Source: Myxococcota bacterium
Lineage (GTDB): Bacteria > Myxococcota_A > Polyangia > Nannocystales > Nannocystaceae
Direction: 5' to 3'
Length of the DNA stretch: 64,000 nt
Assembly: GCA_039028615.1 (NCBI GenBank)
Contig: JBCCHT010000053.1
Location: forward strand, 27,802 to 91,801
The position numbers were made by a program, and so were the translations under genes. Below the pieces are notes generated by a model. The model was not told the DNA's origin. It searched no databases and was given only the letters and a program-made list of their open reading frames with translations. This document shows positions 27,987 through 38,038 of the stretch, piece by piece. Numbering within the stretch: the stretch's first letter is position 1; each line of letters begins with the position of its first letter.

Positions 27987-28823
27987 ATGGCTCCGCGATG
28001 GATTGCCGGGCTGTGGGGCGTGGCCTTGGCGATGTCGGCTGGTTGTCGCCCAACGACCCCCGCGACTCCGACCCAGGCCCCCGCGCCCACGGCCACCCAC
28101 GAGGACGGGGCAATCGAAGACAGCGAGGCGAGCAACGACGAGCCCGAGCTCGAGCCGTCCGAGCCCGAGGTTTCCGTCTCCGCGGAGGCGACGGCCGTGT
28201 CCGCGCCGACCCATCGGATCGACGGAGGCCGACTCGAGTCGCACCCGCTGGCGCCTTTCGAACTCGACCGCACCGAGGTGACCGTCGGGGCCTACCGAGC
28301 GTGCGTCGAAGCGGGCGCATGCTCGGCGCCCGAGCCCACCTTCGATCGCGGCAACTACCACCGCGAAGGCCACGAAGATCATCCCGTCACGCACGTGCGA
28401 GCGGACCAAGCCGAAGAGTTCTGTGCGTGGGTCGGCAAGCGACTGCCCACCGAGTGGGAGTGGCAATGGGCCGCCCAAGGCGGGACGCGGGCGTCGCTGT
28501 ATCCGTGGGGCAACGCCGAGCCCACGTGTGACCTCGCCGCGTTCGACGATCCCTCGGTCTCCGTCACCGAAAAGAGCTGCGGACGCCATGGACCGTGGCC
28601 CGTCGGAAGCCGGCCGAAGGGGGCGAATCCCGATGGCGTGCTCGACCTGGCGGGCAACGTGCGGGAGTGGACCGCCTCCCCGGGCGAGCCGGGCAAGCGG
28701 ATCGTGCGAGGGGGCGGCTGGTTCATGCGAGCGTCGGCCCTCGAGGTGCGCAAGCGCGACGGGATCGACCCGACTCGAGGGAGCAACGGCGTCGGCTTCC
28801 GCTGCGCCCGCTCGGCCGAATGA
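27987..28823 (+). CDS. Formylglycine-generating enzyme (FGE-sulfatase/SUMF1) domain lipoprotein
   Basis: DRTEVT, KRLPTEWEWQWAA, YPWG, DLAGNVREW, RGGGW and GFRCAR motifs. Confidence 0.92.
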   Translation: MAPRWIAGLWGVALAMSAGCRPTTPATPTQAPAPTATHEDGAIEDSEASNDEPELEPSEPEVSVSAEATAVSAPTHRIDGGRLESHPLAPFELDRTEVTVGAYRACVEAGACSAPEPTFDRGNYHREGHEDHPVTHVRADQAEEFCAWVGKRLPTEWEWQWAAQGGTRASLYPWGNAEPTCDLAAFDDPSVSVTEKSCGRHGPWPVGSRPKGANPDGVLDLAGNVREWTASPGEPGKRIVRGGGWFMRASALEVRKRDGIDPTRGSNGVGFRCARSAE

Positions 28824-28856
28824 GCGAGGCCACCGAATGGCTCAAAACCAGCACTC

Positions 28857-29480
28857 TCAACCCGTGACAAACCGAAACTCGAGTTCACGAAACAAACCGG
28901 CGGCGTTCTTTCGCATTCGGTCCGGCACCACTCGGATCCCGCGACCGTCCCAATGGATGCGTTGCAACTCCGCCAGTAGGAGAATCTCGAACGCCGCGGC
29001 CTTGAGCCAGTCGGTGTCGGATCGGTAGCCGCAGATCGCTAGCGCTCCCGTTCGACGCACAAACCGGTTGAGCCTCTTGCCGTGAAGATCGAGCGTCCCG
29101 CACCCGCCGAAGTGAATCACCCGTTTCGCACATTTCCCCTCAAGGCGTTCCTCAAGCCAGTCGAGGCTGACGTTGGACTCCTTCCGACGCGCATCTCCGA
29201 CATCGATGTACCCAGGCGAACCGTGAAAACCCAGATAGAGAATCGGGTATCGAGCCAAGCCACGTTGCGTCCACTTGTTGAGGTAGTGTTCGAACTCTTC
29301 GATGACGCCTACGTCTCGATGGAGGTACTCGAAGTTGAACTCGCCGTTGGCCTGGAGGAGTTGGAGAGCAGGCTCGATCGTGGTTCGATCGGTGATGTGC
29401 CACCAATCGCCCTCCAAGCAAAACACACCATGGCCTCGTTTGCGGCCACGGGAGGAAGTCGACGTCTTGGATTTGGTCAT
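28857..29480 (-). CDS. DUF6642-like protein, putative caspase/CHAT-fold
   Basis: GVFCLEGDWW, ILYLGFHG, VIHFGGC, GALAICGY; codon usage less GC-biased than neighbours. Confidence 0.75.
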   Translation of the reverse strand: MTKSKTSTSSRGRKRGHGVFCLEGDWWHITDRTTIEPALQLLQANGEFNFEYLHRDVGVIEEFEHYLNKWTQRGLARYPILYLGFHGSPGYIDVGDARRKESNVSLDWLEERLEGKCAKRVIHFGGCGTLDLHGKRLNRFVRRTGALAICGYRSDTDWLKAAAFEILLLAELQRIHWDGRGIRVVPDRMRKNAAGLFRELEFRFVTG

Positions 29481-29547
29481 GGCTGCAGCCGTGGGTCGGA
29501 CCCGGCTGAGCTTACCCAAATGGCTCGAATTCGGCACCTAATAGCCA

Positions 29548-29600
29548 TTTTACACAGTTGACTAAATTTCCCTGGCACGGATTTAGACACTCGACTAAAT
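29548..29600. promoter_or_regulatory. Two related imperfect palindromes, putative TetR operators
   Basis: TTTTACACAGTTGACTAAAT (29548-29567) and ATTTAGACACTCGACTAAAT (29581-29600) are 16/20 identical and lie immediately upstream of the TetR gene. Confidence 0.65.
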
Positions 29601-29607
29601 TACCTCC

Positions 29608-30168
29608 GTGGCCACCGCATTCCGAGGCCCCGACGCCGTCAAGGCGGCGCTCATCGAAGCCGCGACCGATCTCTTCGCCGGCCAAGGCGACGCGTCCATC
29701 CGTGCCGTCGCGGCTCGGGCGGGCGTCAACCATGGCCTCGTGCACCACTACTTCGGCGGCAAGTCGGGGCTGCGTGCGGCCGTGCTCGATCGCCTGGCGA
29801 AGGGCATGCACGCGAGCCTCGACGTCCCGCCCAGTAGCGACACGGCGCAGGTCGGTCGCGCGGCGCTGCGGGTGACGGAGCAGGACCCACGCATGGTCAA
29901 GATCCTCGCTCGGGCGCTGCTCGATGGCGAGCTGCCGCAGCAGCTGCAGTCGGTCTTTCCCGTGGTGGCGCGACTTTTGGCGGCACGCTCTCCGGTCGAT
30001 CGGGGGCGCACGAAGGCGGCGATTGCCGAGGGGTTGGCGATGGCCCTGGGCGCGGTGGTGTTCGGCTCGTGGATCCGGGTGGCGCTGGGGCTGAGCGACG
30101 CGGAGTTCGAGCAGATCCGCGACGAGGCGATCCAGCGGGGCATGGAGCGCTTGGAGGGTGAGCCGTGA
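29608..30168 (+). CDS. TetR-family transcriptional regulator
   Basis: ALIEAATDLFA...SIRAVAARAGVNHGLVHHYFGGK. Confidence 0.92.
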   Translation: MATAFRGPDAVKAALIEAATDLFAGQGDASIRAVAARAGVNHGLVHHYFGGKSGLRAAVLDRLAKGMHASLDVPPSSDTAQVGRAALRVTEQDPRMVKILARALLDGELPQQLQSVFPVVARLLAARSPVDRGRTKAAIAEGLAMALGAVVFGSWIRVALGLSDAEFEQIRDEAIQRGMERLEGEP

Positions 30169-30968
30169 GCTACAAGGTCGTAGTTGCGCTGATCTTCGTG
30201 GCGTTCGCGTTGGTGGAGCTGGGCGCGGGCCGGCTCTTCGACATGGCTCGCACTACGAAAAAAGACATCATCGTGGAGCTGGGCTCGGGCCTGTGCCTGC
30301 CCGCGTTCGTGGTGCCGGGAGTGACGCTGGCATCGGCGGGGCTCATCGAGATGCTGGTGCCGGGGTCGGCGGGGCGCCTGAGCCATTGGCCGGTGTGGCT
30401 GATGTTCCTGACGATGCTGGTGGTCGACGATCTCGGGCAGTACCTGTGGCATCGGCTGACGCACTCGGTGCCGTGGCTGTTCGAGCTGCATCGCGCCCAC
30501 CACTCGGGCGAGTACATGTCCGTACGGGTCGTGTACCGCAACAACGTGCTCTACTACGCGTTCATGCCCAACCTGTGGGCGTCGGGCATGCTGCTGTACC
30601 TCGGCTTCGACCAGATCTACTTCGCCTACTACATCTCCAAGATGGCGGTCATCACGTCGGCGCACTCGAGCGTCCCGTGGGACGAGCCGCTGCTGAAGAT
30701 CCGCTGGCTTCGCCCGCTGATGTGGGTGGTGGTCCGGGTCATCTCGACGCCCTCGACCCACTCGGCTCACCATGGCATGCACGCCGACGACGGCGTCACG
30801 CACTACAAGGGCAACTACGGCAACTTCTTGTTCCTGTGGGACGTGCTGTTCGGCACGGCGAAGATCACCGGTCGTCGCCCGAAGGAGTTCGGCCTCGAGA
30901 ACATCGCACCAGTGACCTGGCAGCAAGAGCTGCTGTGGCCGTGGCTCGGTCGCTCTTCGCGGTCCTGA
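30165..30968 (+). CDS. Sterol desaturase / fatty acid hydroxylase family membrane protein
   Basis: His boxes WHRLTH, HRAHHS and HSAHH; GNYG...WDVLFGT; GTGA overlap with the TetR gene. Confidence 0.92.
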   Translation: MSYKVVVALIFVAFALVELGAGRLFDMARTTKKDIIVELGSGLCLPAFVVPGVTLASAGLIEMLVPGSAGRLSHWPVWLMFLTMLVVDDLGQYLWHRLTHSVPWLFELHRAHHSGEYMSVRVVYRNNVLYYAFMPNLWASGMLLYLGFDQIYFAYYISKMAVITSAHSSVPWDEPLLKIRWLRPLMWVVVRVISTPSTHSAHHGMHADDGVTHYKGNYGNFLFLWDVLFGTAKITGRRPKEFGLENIAPVTWQQELLWPWLGRSSRS

Positions 30969-31079
30969 GCGGGCATCGGAGTCCACGTGGGCCCTCGCGC
31001 CGCGTGGCCCAAGATGTTCCCCGAGCCGCCAGGAATATCGCCGTGCGTCCGATGTACCCTAGCCGTCGTGATTCGATCG

Positions 31080-32138
31080 GTGTCCAAAGATGTGGGTCGG
31101 TTGGCCCTCATTTACAAGGTCATCGGCATCCTCTCCATCGTCGGCGGCATCCTCCTGGTCGTGCTGGGGTGGGCCGGGGGCTTCATCTTCGCGTGGCAAG
31201 GTGAGTTCAAAGGCGGCTTCGGGTTCGGGACCCTGCTGACGATCATCGGCGTCATCGTGGCGGTGGGCGGCCTGCCCGAGCTGCTGTTGGCGTCGGGCCT
31301 GCGGGCGCGCAAGCCGTGGGCGCGGTGGCTGGGCATCATGTTCAGCGTGATGGGCCTGCCCGTGTTTCCCATCGGCACGATCTTGGGGGCGTACGGGCTG
31401 CGGATCCTGATGTCCGACGCCTGCCTCCGCGAGTTTCGAGTGGAGCGCTCGTGGCTGGCCGACGGCAGCGCCATCGCGCTCGGCTGGATGTACCGCGACG
31501 GCAACCGTCGTCGAAAACGCGGTGGCTCGGCCTTGTCCCAATTCTTCGCGTTCGCGTCGCTGCTGGTCTTGCTGGCGTGCCTGCTCGTGGGGCTGGCCAT
31601 GGTGAGCATGGTGATCCGCTTCGCGACCGGGGACTACGACCGCCCCTCGCCAAAGGCCGACGTCGAGTCGTCCCGCGAGCGTCCGAGGGCGCGCCGCGTG
31701 GGTCCGGCCACCGACCGGCCGGGCGCCGGGGCACAGCCGATCGTCGGCGACCCCCCGTACAACCCCGCCTATCAGCCTTCGCTCCCCGCGGTACCGCCTC
31801 CGGCCCCACACGGTGCGGAGCCACCGCGCCCGGCTCCGCCCCCCGCCGTGGCCATACCCGCCGAGCCGGCCCCTGCAGTGGAGACCGAAGCCGACCCGGT
31901 CTCCGAGATCGAAGTGGTCGCCATCGCCGGGGCCAAGGGCGCACGCGATCGCATCGCGACGCTTCGACTCGTGGACGGCACCACGAAGAACGTCCACATG
32001 GGCGACCGCATCCGCAGCCTGGATGCCCGAGTGGTGGGCATCAACCCCACCAGCGTGCTGCTGCAGGTCAAGCAGGGCCGCGAAGCGCCGCGCGTCGTTC
32101 GACTCGAGTTCGAACGCGGTCGCGCCAAGGCCCGATGA
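31080..32138 (+). CDS. Multi-pass membrane protein with a Pro-rich linker and C-terminal PilP-like domain
   Basis: Several TM segments (FPIGTILGAYGL); C-terminal IEVVAI...IATLRLVDG...VHMGDRI..LDARVVGINPTSVLL; start uncertain. Confidence 0.7.
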   Translation: MSKDVGRLALIYKVIGILSIVGGILLVVLGWAGGFIFAWQGEFKGGFGFGTLLTIIGVIVAVGGLPELLLASGLRARKPWARWLGIMFSVMGLPVFPIGTILGAYGLRILMSDACLREFRVERSWLADGSAIALGWMYRDGNRRRKRGGSALSQFFAFASLLVLLACLLVGLAMVSMVIRFATGDYDRPSPKADVESSRERPRARRVGPATDRPGAGAQPIVGDPPYNPAYQPSLPAVPPPAPHGAEPPRPAPPPAVAIPAEPAPAVETEADPVSEIEVVAIAGAKGARDRIATLRLVDGTTKNVHMGDRIRSLDARVVGINPTSVLLQVKQGREAPRVVRLEFERGRAKAR

Positions 32139-32335
32139 ACTCTGCCACCAAGTGGCACTTGGAATAGATCGCGGCCGGCCCAGGTTGTGGCGTCGCGACG
32201 GTAGTGTCCCGTGTCGGGTGTCGGCCCGTGCCGTCGTCGTGGTGTTGGGTTGGTTCGACGGTGAGCACTCGCGCTCGCCTTGATGCCGAAGGGTCGACGC
32301 GTAAACAACCAGTGGAACGATAAAGGGGGCCCGCA

Positions 32336-33448
32336 TTGGTGGAACCAATCGAGCTGAAGCCGAAGGAATCCAAACGACTCATCAACCTCGTCATTCGCGA
32401 TCATCGTCAGGCCGAAGCCAAGCGCGATCGCCTGATGGCGTGCAACGACCTGAACACGCTACGGCTGATTCTCATCGAGGCGGGCATTCCTCGTCACGAC
32501 GTGGATGCGACGCTGGGTCGGTTCCGCCGCAAGATCGAGCGCCGACGCCGAGCGAGGAAACGGGTGCCCTATGTGATCGGGGCCCTGGTACTGCTGCTCA
32601 CCGCCATCGGCTACTACGGCGTAGGCTGGGTGGTCCCGCGCTACGACCAGCTCGTCGCTCAACGAGAGGACGTACGACGAGACTGGGCGCAGATCGATAC
32701 GCTCTTGCAGCGCCGCTACGACTTGATCCCCAACCTGGTCGAGGCCACGCGCGGGCTCGCGAACCACGAAGCCACGGTGCTGACGGACATCGCCGACGCA
32801 CATGCGGGCTACGTGAGCGCACGGACTCCCGGTGCGAAGATCGAAGCGTCGTACGCCGCCGAGCGGGGCATTCGAGCGTGTTTGCTGCTGGGCGCGCGGT
32901 ATCCCGAGCTCGAGGCCGACCGGGCGTTCATGCGGTTGATGGACGAGCTCACCCAGGCCGAAGACCTGCTCGCGCAGCGGCGGCTGACCTACAACGAGAC
33001 GGTTCGAGAGTTCAACACCGGGCTGCAGACGGTCGACGGTCGCATCGTCGGTGCGCTGACCGGTCTGGAGCTGGCCGAGTACTACGAGCCCCCGTCGACG
33101 ACCGAGGCCGCGCCCTTCGTGAAGTTCGTGGAGCCGCCCCCGGCCCCCGTGGCCGTCGCCCCCGAGCCGGTCGACGCGGCGGCCCCCGCCGTCGCCCCCG
33201 TGGAGGTCGTCGATCCCCTCGAACGACTGGTGGTGTCGGCCATCCATCGGTCGAAGCGCGGGCGCAAAGCCACGCTCACGTTCCCCAATGGGGCGACGCG
33301 TCGGGTGAAGATGGGCGACACGGTGCCGGGTTTCGACGCCCGGGTGGTGGGCATCAACCCGCGCTCGGTCTTGGTCGAGGGCCCGCACGTCGACGACGAT
33401 GGGCGAACGGTGCGACGCACGGTCCGCCTGACGCTGGAGCCACGATGA
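32336..33448 (+). CDS. LemA-family protein with a C-terminal PilP-like extension
   Basis: WAQIDTLLQRRYDLIPNLVE, YPELEAD..F..L..EL...ED and RLTYNETVREFN LemA motifs, plus an extra C-terminal domain. Confidence 0.88.
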   Translation: MVEPIELKPKESKRLINLVIRDHRQAEAKRDRLMACNDLNTLRLILIEAGIPRHDVDATLGRFRRKIERRRRARKRVPYVIGALVLLLTAIGYYGVGWVVPRYDQLVAQREDVRRDWAQIDTLLQRRYDLIPNLVEATRGLANHEATVLTDIADAHAGYVSARTPGAKIEASYAAERGIRACLLLGARYPELEADRAFMRLMDELTQAEDLLAQRRLTYNETVREFNTGLQTVDGRIVGALTGLELAEYYEPPSTTEAAPFVKFVEPPPAPVAVAPEPVDAAAPAVAPVEVVDPLERLVVSAIHRSKRGRKATLTFPNGATRRVKMGDTVPGFDARVVGINPRSVLVEGPHVDDDGRTVRRTVRLTLEPR

Positions 33449-33558
33449 GCCAGAGGGCGGAAAAATAAAGAGCGATCGCTCCAATTCGGGTGAAAGAATC
33501 GCGGACGCCAGGTCATCCCACCCCCGACGTGACCTCCCAGCGCCGACCTGAACGACCG

Positions 33559-34905
33559 ATGCTCGCGGGATGCCCTGGTGGCACTCGCAACCACCTCACG
33601 GCCACCGCGGCGACGCCGGGAAGACGACACTGCGCGCTCCCGCTGGCACTTGCCATGCTCACGGGTCTCGCCGCGGGCTGCGACTCCTCGAAGGCCAAAC
33701 CGGACTCGAGCGTGGCCGAGTCGACGGCCAAGGACGCCAGCAAGAAATCCGAAGGTGACGCCAAGGCAGACCCCGCCCACAAGACCGCGCCCGCCAAGGC
33801 CGACGACGAGGCGAAGGCACCCGCGGACGGAGAGCCGCCCGAGGCCGACGACGAGACGAAGCCGCCCGCGAACGGAGAACCGCCCGAGGCCAACGCCGCG
33901 CCCGATGCCGCGGACGCCGACGAGCCCGACGAAGGGCCTGACGAGGGCCCCTTCCCGCCACCGAAGGGCTGGAGCACCGACCTCGATCCCAACTACCTCG
34001 TGTGGGAGCAGCTTCCGGGCGACCCCAACAAGCCGCCACGCTATCGGACCACGTGGCTGGTCGGGGGCAAGAGCGCGGGCGAGGCGGCGGGCTTGTTCCT
34101 CGGCGACGTCGATCGACTGCTGCTGGCCGAGGGCGACTACGTGTACGAGTGGCAAGCGCAGACCTTCCGGGCCAAATCGGAGAGCTGCGGCTGGTCCCCG
34201 GGACAAAAGGAGATCCCGCAGTTCGAGACCTTCGACGACCCGCGCAGTCGATTCCTCGTGACGAGCACCTACGAGGCCCCGTTCCCCGTGCATGGATCGT
34301 TGGCGGCCCCCACCGAAGGCGTCGAGAACTTCTCCCGCACGATGGAGATCACGGGGAACATCGGGCGCTACGTGTTCACCAAGGAGTACCTGTACACGAT
34401 GGAGTGCGACAGCGCGAACGGGTGGACGGAGGCCGCGGCGAAGATCATCGATCTCCATACGCGCTCCACGGTGGACCTGCTCCGTCCGCTGAACGACGGG
34501 AGCTTCGCTGCGATTGAGGCCCCGCTCATCGCCGCGCTCGAGAAAAAGGACCCCGAGGGGGAGTTCTCGCGCCCCAGTGGCCCGGGGGACGTGGTGGTCG
34601 CCGCGCTGCGGCCCGCGTTCGGCCGGGAGCACATGACGGTGGAGCAGCAGCTCGCGGTCGAGACCTGCCACGCCTGCCAGGACGGCGAATGGGAGGACAG
34701 CACGATCTCGGTCTACCTGCCGTTTTCCACGCCGAAGATCGCGGTGAAAGACCTGAAGGTCCCGCCCATCGTGAACCTGCACTACCTCAACTACGACGAG
34801 TCCCGTCCGCACGGGTTCACCGAGCTGAAGACCGCGAAGGCCAAGGAGACGATCCGCGAGTTCTTCCGGGCCAAGGCCGCGGTGGAGGCCATGGACGCCA
34901 AGTAG
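33559..34905 (+). CDS. Hypothetical lipoprotein
   Basis: LAAGC lipobox; acidic/Pro linker with an internal duplication (ADDExKxPAxGEPPE twice); globular C-terminus; start uncertain. Confidence 0.75.
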   Translation: MLAGCPGGTRNHLTATAATPGRRHCALPLALAMLTGLAAGCDSSKAKPDSSVAESTAKDASKKSEGDAKADPAHKTAPAKADDEAKAPADGEPPEADDETKPPANGEPPEANAAPDAADADEPDEGPDEGPFPPPKGWSTDLDPNYLVWEQLPGDPNKPPRYRTTWLVGGKSAGEAAGLFLGDVDRLLLAEGDYVYEWQAQTFRAKSESCGWSPGQKEIPQFETFDDPRSRFLVTSTYEAPFPVHGSLAAPTEGVENFSRTMEITGNIGRYVFTKEYLYTMECDSANGWTEAAAKIIDLHTRSTVDLLRPLNDGSFAAIEAPLIAALEKKDPEGEFSRPSGPGDVVVAALRPAFGREHMTVEQQLAVETCHACQDGEWEDSTISVYLPFSTPKIAVKDLKVPPIVNLHYLNYDESRPHGFTELKTAKAKETIREFFRAKAAVEAMDAK

Positions 34906-35020
34906 GTTTGCCTGCGGGTGTTGGGGAGGGCCCGTCGGTCGCTCGAGTCCGCGCTGCTGTCGGGGGGTCGACCGGGGCTCGCGGCCGCTCGAGCCCTCCC
35001 CCGCCCGCGGGCGTTTTGGT

Positions 35021-35824
35021 CTACCAGTCGCATCCGTAGCGGTGGTAGTCGCCGCGATCGAAGGTCCAGCGGTCTTTGTCGAGCCACAGCCATCGGTTCT
35101 CGGCCTCCGAGCGCTCGCCCTCGGCGTCGGTCATCACGTAGACGACTCGAACGTCGCGATGACCGTCACCGTCGAGGTCCTCGAATGCCACGCTGGCTTG
35201 GGTCACGGTGTCGCCGGCCAACATCTCGTGGTCGAGCTCGATCTGTAGCCCCTTGGCCAGCTTCGGCTCGGTGTCGAACAACATCATGGTGCGGATGACG
35301 TTCGGACCACCGCCGGGGCACATGATCTCTTCGGTCAGCACCATCCGTACTTCGGGGCGGCCATCGTCGTCGTAGTCGTCGACCGTCAGCGAAGGATCGA
35401 TGTGCGGCGGCTCCTCGCCGAGCCACGGCGTCGCCACGTGGTGGGCGAACACCAAGTGCTGGACGCCATCGGGACCCACGATGGCCAGCACGATGTCGGC
35501 CTCGCCCGGCACCTGCGGATCGAAGCGCCGCCACGCGCCCACGACCCGGTCGGCGTCGAGCTCGACGGTGGACCCGAGCGGAGTGACTTCGCCGGTCACG
35601 AGTTCGTGCACCTGCTTGCCCGACGGGTTCGTCTCGGCGGGCTCCTGTGCGGGTGGCGAGACCTCGGTCGGCGCCGCTTCGATCGGCGGTTCCTCGTCCG
35701 GGCTCACCGCCGGGTCCGGCGAGGGCTCCGGGCTCACCACCGTCGCGCCCGGACCCGGCCCGCTCGTCCGCGCACAGCCGAGCACCGCAACCCCGAGTCC
35801 GAGCCCCACCGCCGCCAGCCTCAT
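35021..35824 (-). CDS. Hypothetical lipoprotein with DxDxDG Ca-binding loops
   Basis: VLGC lipobox; DDYDDDGRPE and EDLDGDGHRD. Confidence 0.75.
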   Translation of the reverse strand: MRLAAVGLGLGVAVLGCARTSGPGPGATVVSPEPSPDPAVSPDEEPPIEAAPTEVSPPAQEPAETNPSGKQVHELVTGEVTPLGSTVELDADRVVGAWRRFDPQVPGEADIVLAIVGPDGVQHLVFAHHVATPWLGEEPPHIDPSLTVDDYDDDGRPEVRMVLTEEIMCPGGGPNVIRTMMLFDTEPKLAKGLQIELDHEMLAGDTVTQASVAFEDLDGDGHRDVRVVYVMTDAEGERSEAENRWLWLDKDRWTFDRGDYHRYGCDW

Positions 35825-35900
35825 GCGTCGACGATAGCAGCCCACGCGACGGCTCCGGCCCACGCGGGCCGGACCGATTCGGAGACGGCGACGCGACGCC

Positions 35901-36716
35901 TTACTTCTTGGCGCGACGGGCCTTGGCGTCGGCTCGCACTTCGAGCTGCTCGCGAATGTCGGCCTCGAGCTGGCCCATGCACTCGGGCTTGTAGCCGCGA
36001 TACGACGCCTGGATCACGCCCTTGTAGTCGACGATGAACGTAAAGGGGAACTTGGGGCTGCCGTAGGTGCCCGCGTAGTCCTCCCCGGCGATGGCGATCT
36101 TGGCCGCGATCTTGCGCTTGGCTACCAAGTCGGCCACCGCCTCGGCGTCTTCGTCGGTGGCGATCGCCAGCAGGGTCATGCCGTGCTTGCGATAGCGACG
36201 GTAGAGCTGGTCGAACTCGGGCAGCTCCTTGAGGCAGGGCTTGCACCACGTGCCCCAGAAGTTCACCACCAAGACGCGACCGCGATAGGTGCCCTTGTTG
36301 ATCGTCTTGCCCTTGGGCGTGGGCAGCGAGAAGGCCTTGAGGGGCTGGCCGACGCCGGGGTCCTTGCCGCACTTGTCGTTGGTGCCGGCATGCAGCGGCC
36401 GCGGCAGCTCGAGGGTCTTGGTCGCGGCGGTCGGATCTTTGGCGGGCTCGGGCTCGGGCTCGGCGGCGGGCGGCTCACCCTGTTCGGGATTGCTCGGCTC
36501 GGTCGCGGGCTCCTCGGCGGGCGGGGGCTCTTCGGCGGGCGCCTGTGCGGCGAGCGAGTCGGCCCCGGGCTCGGCAGCAGGGGCCGGGTCGGGCTGCGGT
36601 GCCGGGTCGGCGGCAGCGACGGGCTCACCGGGGGTCGCGGTGGTGTTGGCGGTGGTGCCCGCCGTGGCACAGCCGACGAGCAAGCAGAGGACCGACAGGG
36701 CGGGGGCGCGAGCCAT
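35901..36716 (-). CDS. TlpA-family thiol:disulfide oxidoreductase lipoprotein
   Basis: VVNFWGTWCKPCLKELP; FPFTFIVD; LVGC lipobox. Confidence 0.92.
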   Translation of the reverse strand: MARAPALSVLCLLVGCATAGTTANTTATPGEPVAAADPAPQPDPAPAAEPGADSLAAQAPAEEPPPAEEPATEPSNPEQGEPPAAEPEPEPAKDPTAATKTLELPRPLHAGTNDKCGKDPGVGQPLKAFSLPTPKGKTINKGTYRGRVLVVNFWGTWCKPCLKELPEFDQLYRRYRKHGMTLLAIATDEDAEAVADLVAKRKIAAKIAIAGEDYAGTYGSPKFPFTFIVDYKGVIQASYRGYKPECMGQLEADIREQLEVRADAKARRAKK

Positions 36717-36793
36717 GGCGGGAACGCTAGCAGCCCCGCCGAGGCAGATGCCAGCGACGGGGCCGTGCGAGATCGGGGACTGCCGACGTTGGC

Positions 36794-38029
36794 TCACTCG
36801 AGCTCGTCGAGCGCCGAGCGAAGTCGCGACCACGCGTCGCGCAGGACCGTCTCTCCCACGCGATAGGGCAACAGCCAGCGCACGGTCTTACCCCCGCACA
36901 CGGTGACCAGCATGCCCTTGCTCTGGAGAATTCCACCCAGCGGCGCCGCGGGCGTGTCGCTCTTGCCGTTGATCTCGATGCCGATCATCGAGCCGAGGCC
37001 GCGGACCTCGGCCACCCGCGGGTGCGGGTCGGCGGCGGCGATGCCCTGGAGCACCTCGAGCTGGGCCTGAGCCGAAGCCATGAGGTTCTCCTCGTCCATG
37101 ATGCGGATGGTGGCCAGAGCGGCGGCACAGGCCACCGGGTTGCCGCCGAAGGTCGAGCCGTGGCTGCCCTTGGTCATGTGCGCCGCGAGCTTCTCCGAGG
37201 TCACGCAAGCGCCGATGGGGAAGCCCCCGCCCAGCGCCTTGGCGTACCACAGGATGTCCGGGGCGAGCGCGGGGTCGTTGCCCACGATGCGCTCCCAGGC
37301 GGTGAAGCAGCCGGTGCGCCCCGCTCCGCACTGGATCTCGTCGAGGCCGAGCAAGGCCCCGTTTTCGGTGCACAGCTTGCGCAGGCCGACGAGGAACTCG
37401 CGCGAGGCGGGATGGATGCCGCCCTCGCCCTGGATGGGTTCGATGAAGACGGCGGCGACGCGGCCCTCGTACTGCTTCATCAGCGCGGCGACGGAGTCGA
37501 GGTCGCCGGGCTTGGCCCGCGCCACGTTGAGCCGCGCGAAGCGATCTTCGGCCTCGCCCAGCGTGCTGACGTAGGGCTCGCGGTACTTGGGGTTCGCGGT
37601 CAGGGCGATCGACCCGAGGGTGCGCCCGTGAAAGGCCCGCTCGAAGCTGATGATGACGTCGCGCCCGGTCGCACGCAGGGCGAGCTTGATCGCGGCTTCG
37701 TTCGCCTCGGTGCCCGTGTTGCCGATGAACACCCGCGCGTCGGGAATCGGAGTGCGCGCGTTGATCTCCCGCACGAGCTCTTGCTGCGGTCCGGTCCACA
37801 AGGTGCCCGCGGCGGCGGTCAGTCGCACCATCTGATCGCGGACGGCGTCGGCGAGCTTGGGATGCCCGTGCCCGAGGGGAAGACAACCGATGCCGCACAT
37901 GGCATCGAGGAAGACCTGCCCCTTGGTGTCCTTGATGTAGACGCTGCCGAGCCCGCCGTCATCGGGTGGGATGGCGGCATCGAGCTCGATTTTCCGTGGC
38001 GTGTAGGTCGGCCAGCGGTTGTCCTGCAT
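36794..38029 (-). CDS. argD: Acetylornithine aminotransferase-like class III PLP aminotransferase
   Basis: LGHGHP, TGTEANEAAIK, FHGRT, EPIQGEGG, DEIQCGAGRTG, AKALGGGFPIGA and HGSTFGGNP motifs. Confidence 0.8.
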   Translation of the reverse strand: MQDNRWPTYTPRKIELDAAIPPDDGGLGSVYIKDTKGQVFLDAMCGIGCLPLGHGHPKLADAVRDQMVRLTAAAGTLWTGPQQELVREINARTPIPDARVFIGNTGTEANEAAIKLALRATGRDVIISFERAFHGRTLGSIALTANPKYREPYVSTLGEAEDRFARLNVARAKPGDLDSVAALMKQYEGRVAAVFIEPIQGEGGIHPASREFLVGLRKLCTENGALLGLDEIQCGAGRTGCFTAWERIVGNDPALAPDILWYAKALGGGFPIGACVTSEKLAAHMTKGSHGSTFGGNPVACAAALATIRIMDEENLMASAQAQLEVLQGIAAADPHPRVAEVRGLGSMIGIEINGKSDTPAAPLGGILQSKGMLVTVCGGKTVRWLLPYRVGETVLRDAWSRLRSALDELE

Positions 38030-38038
38030 GAGGCGAAG

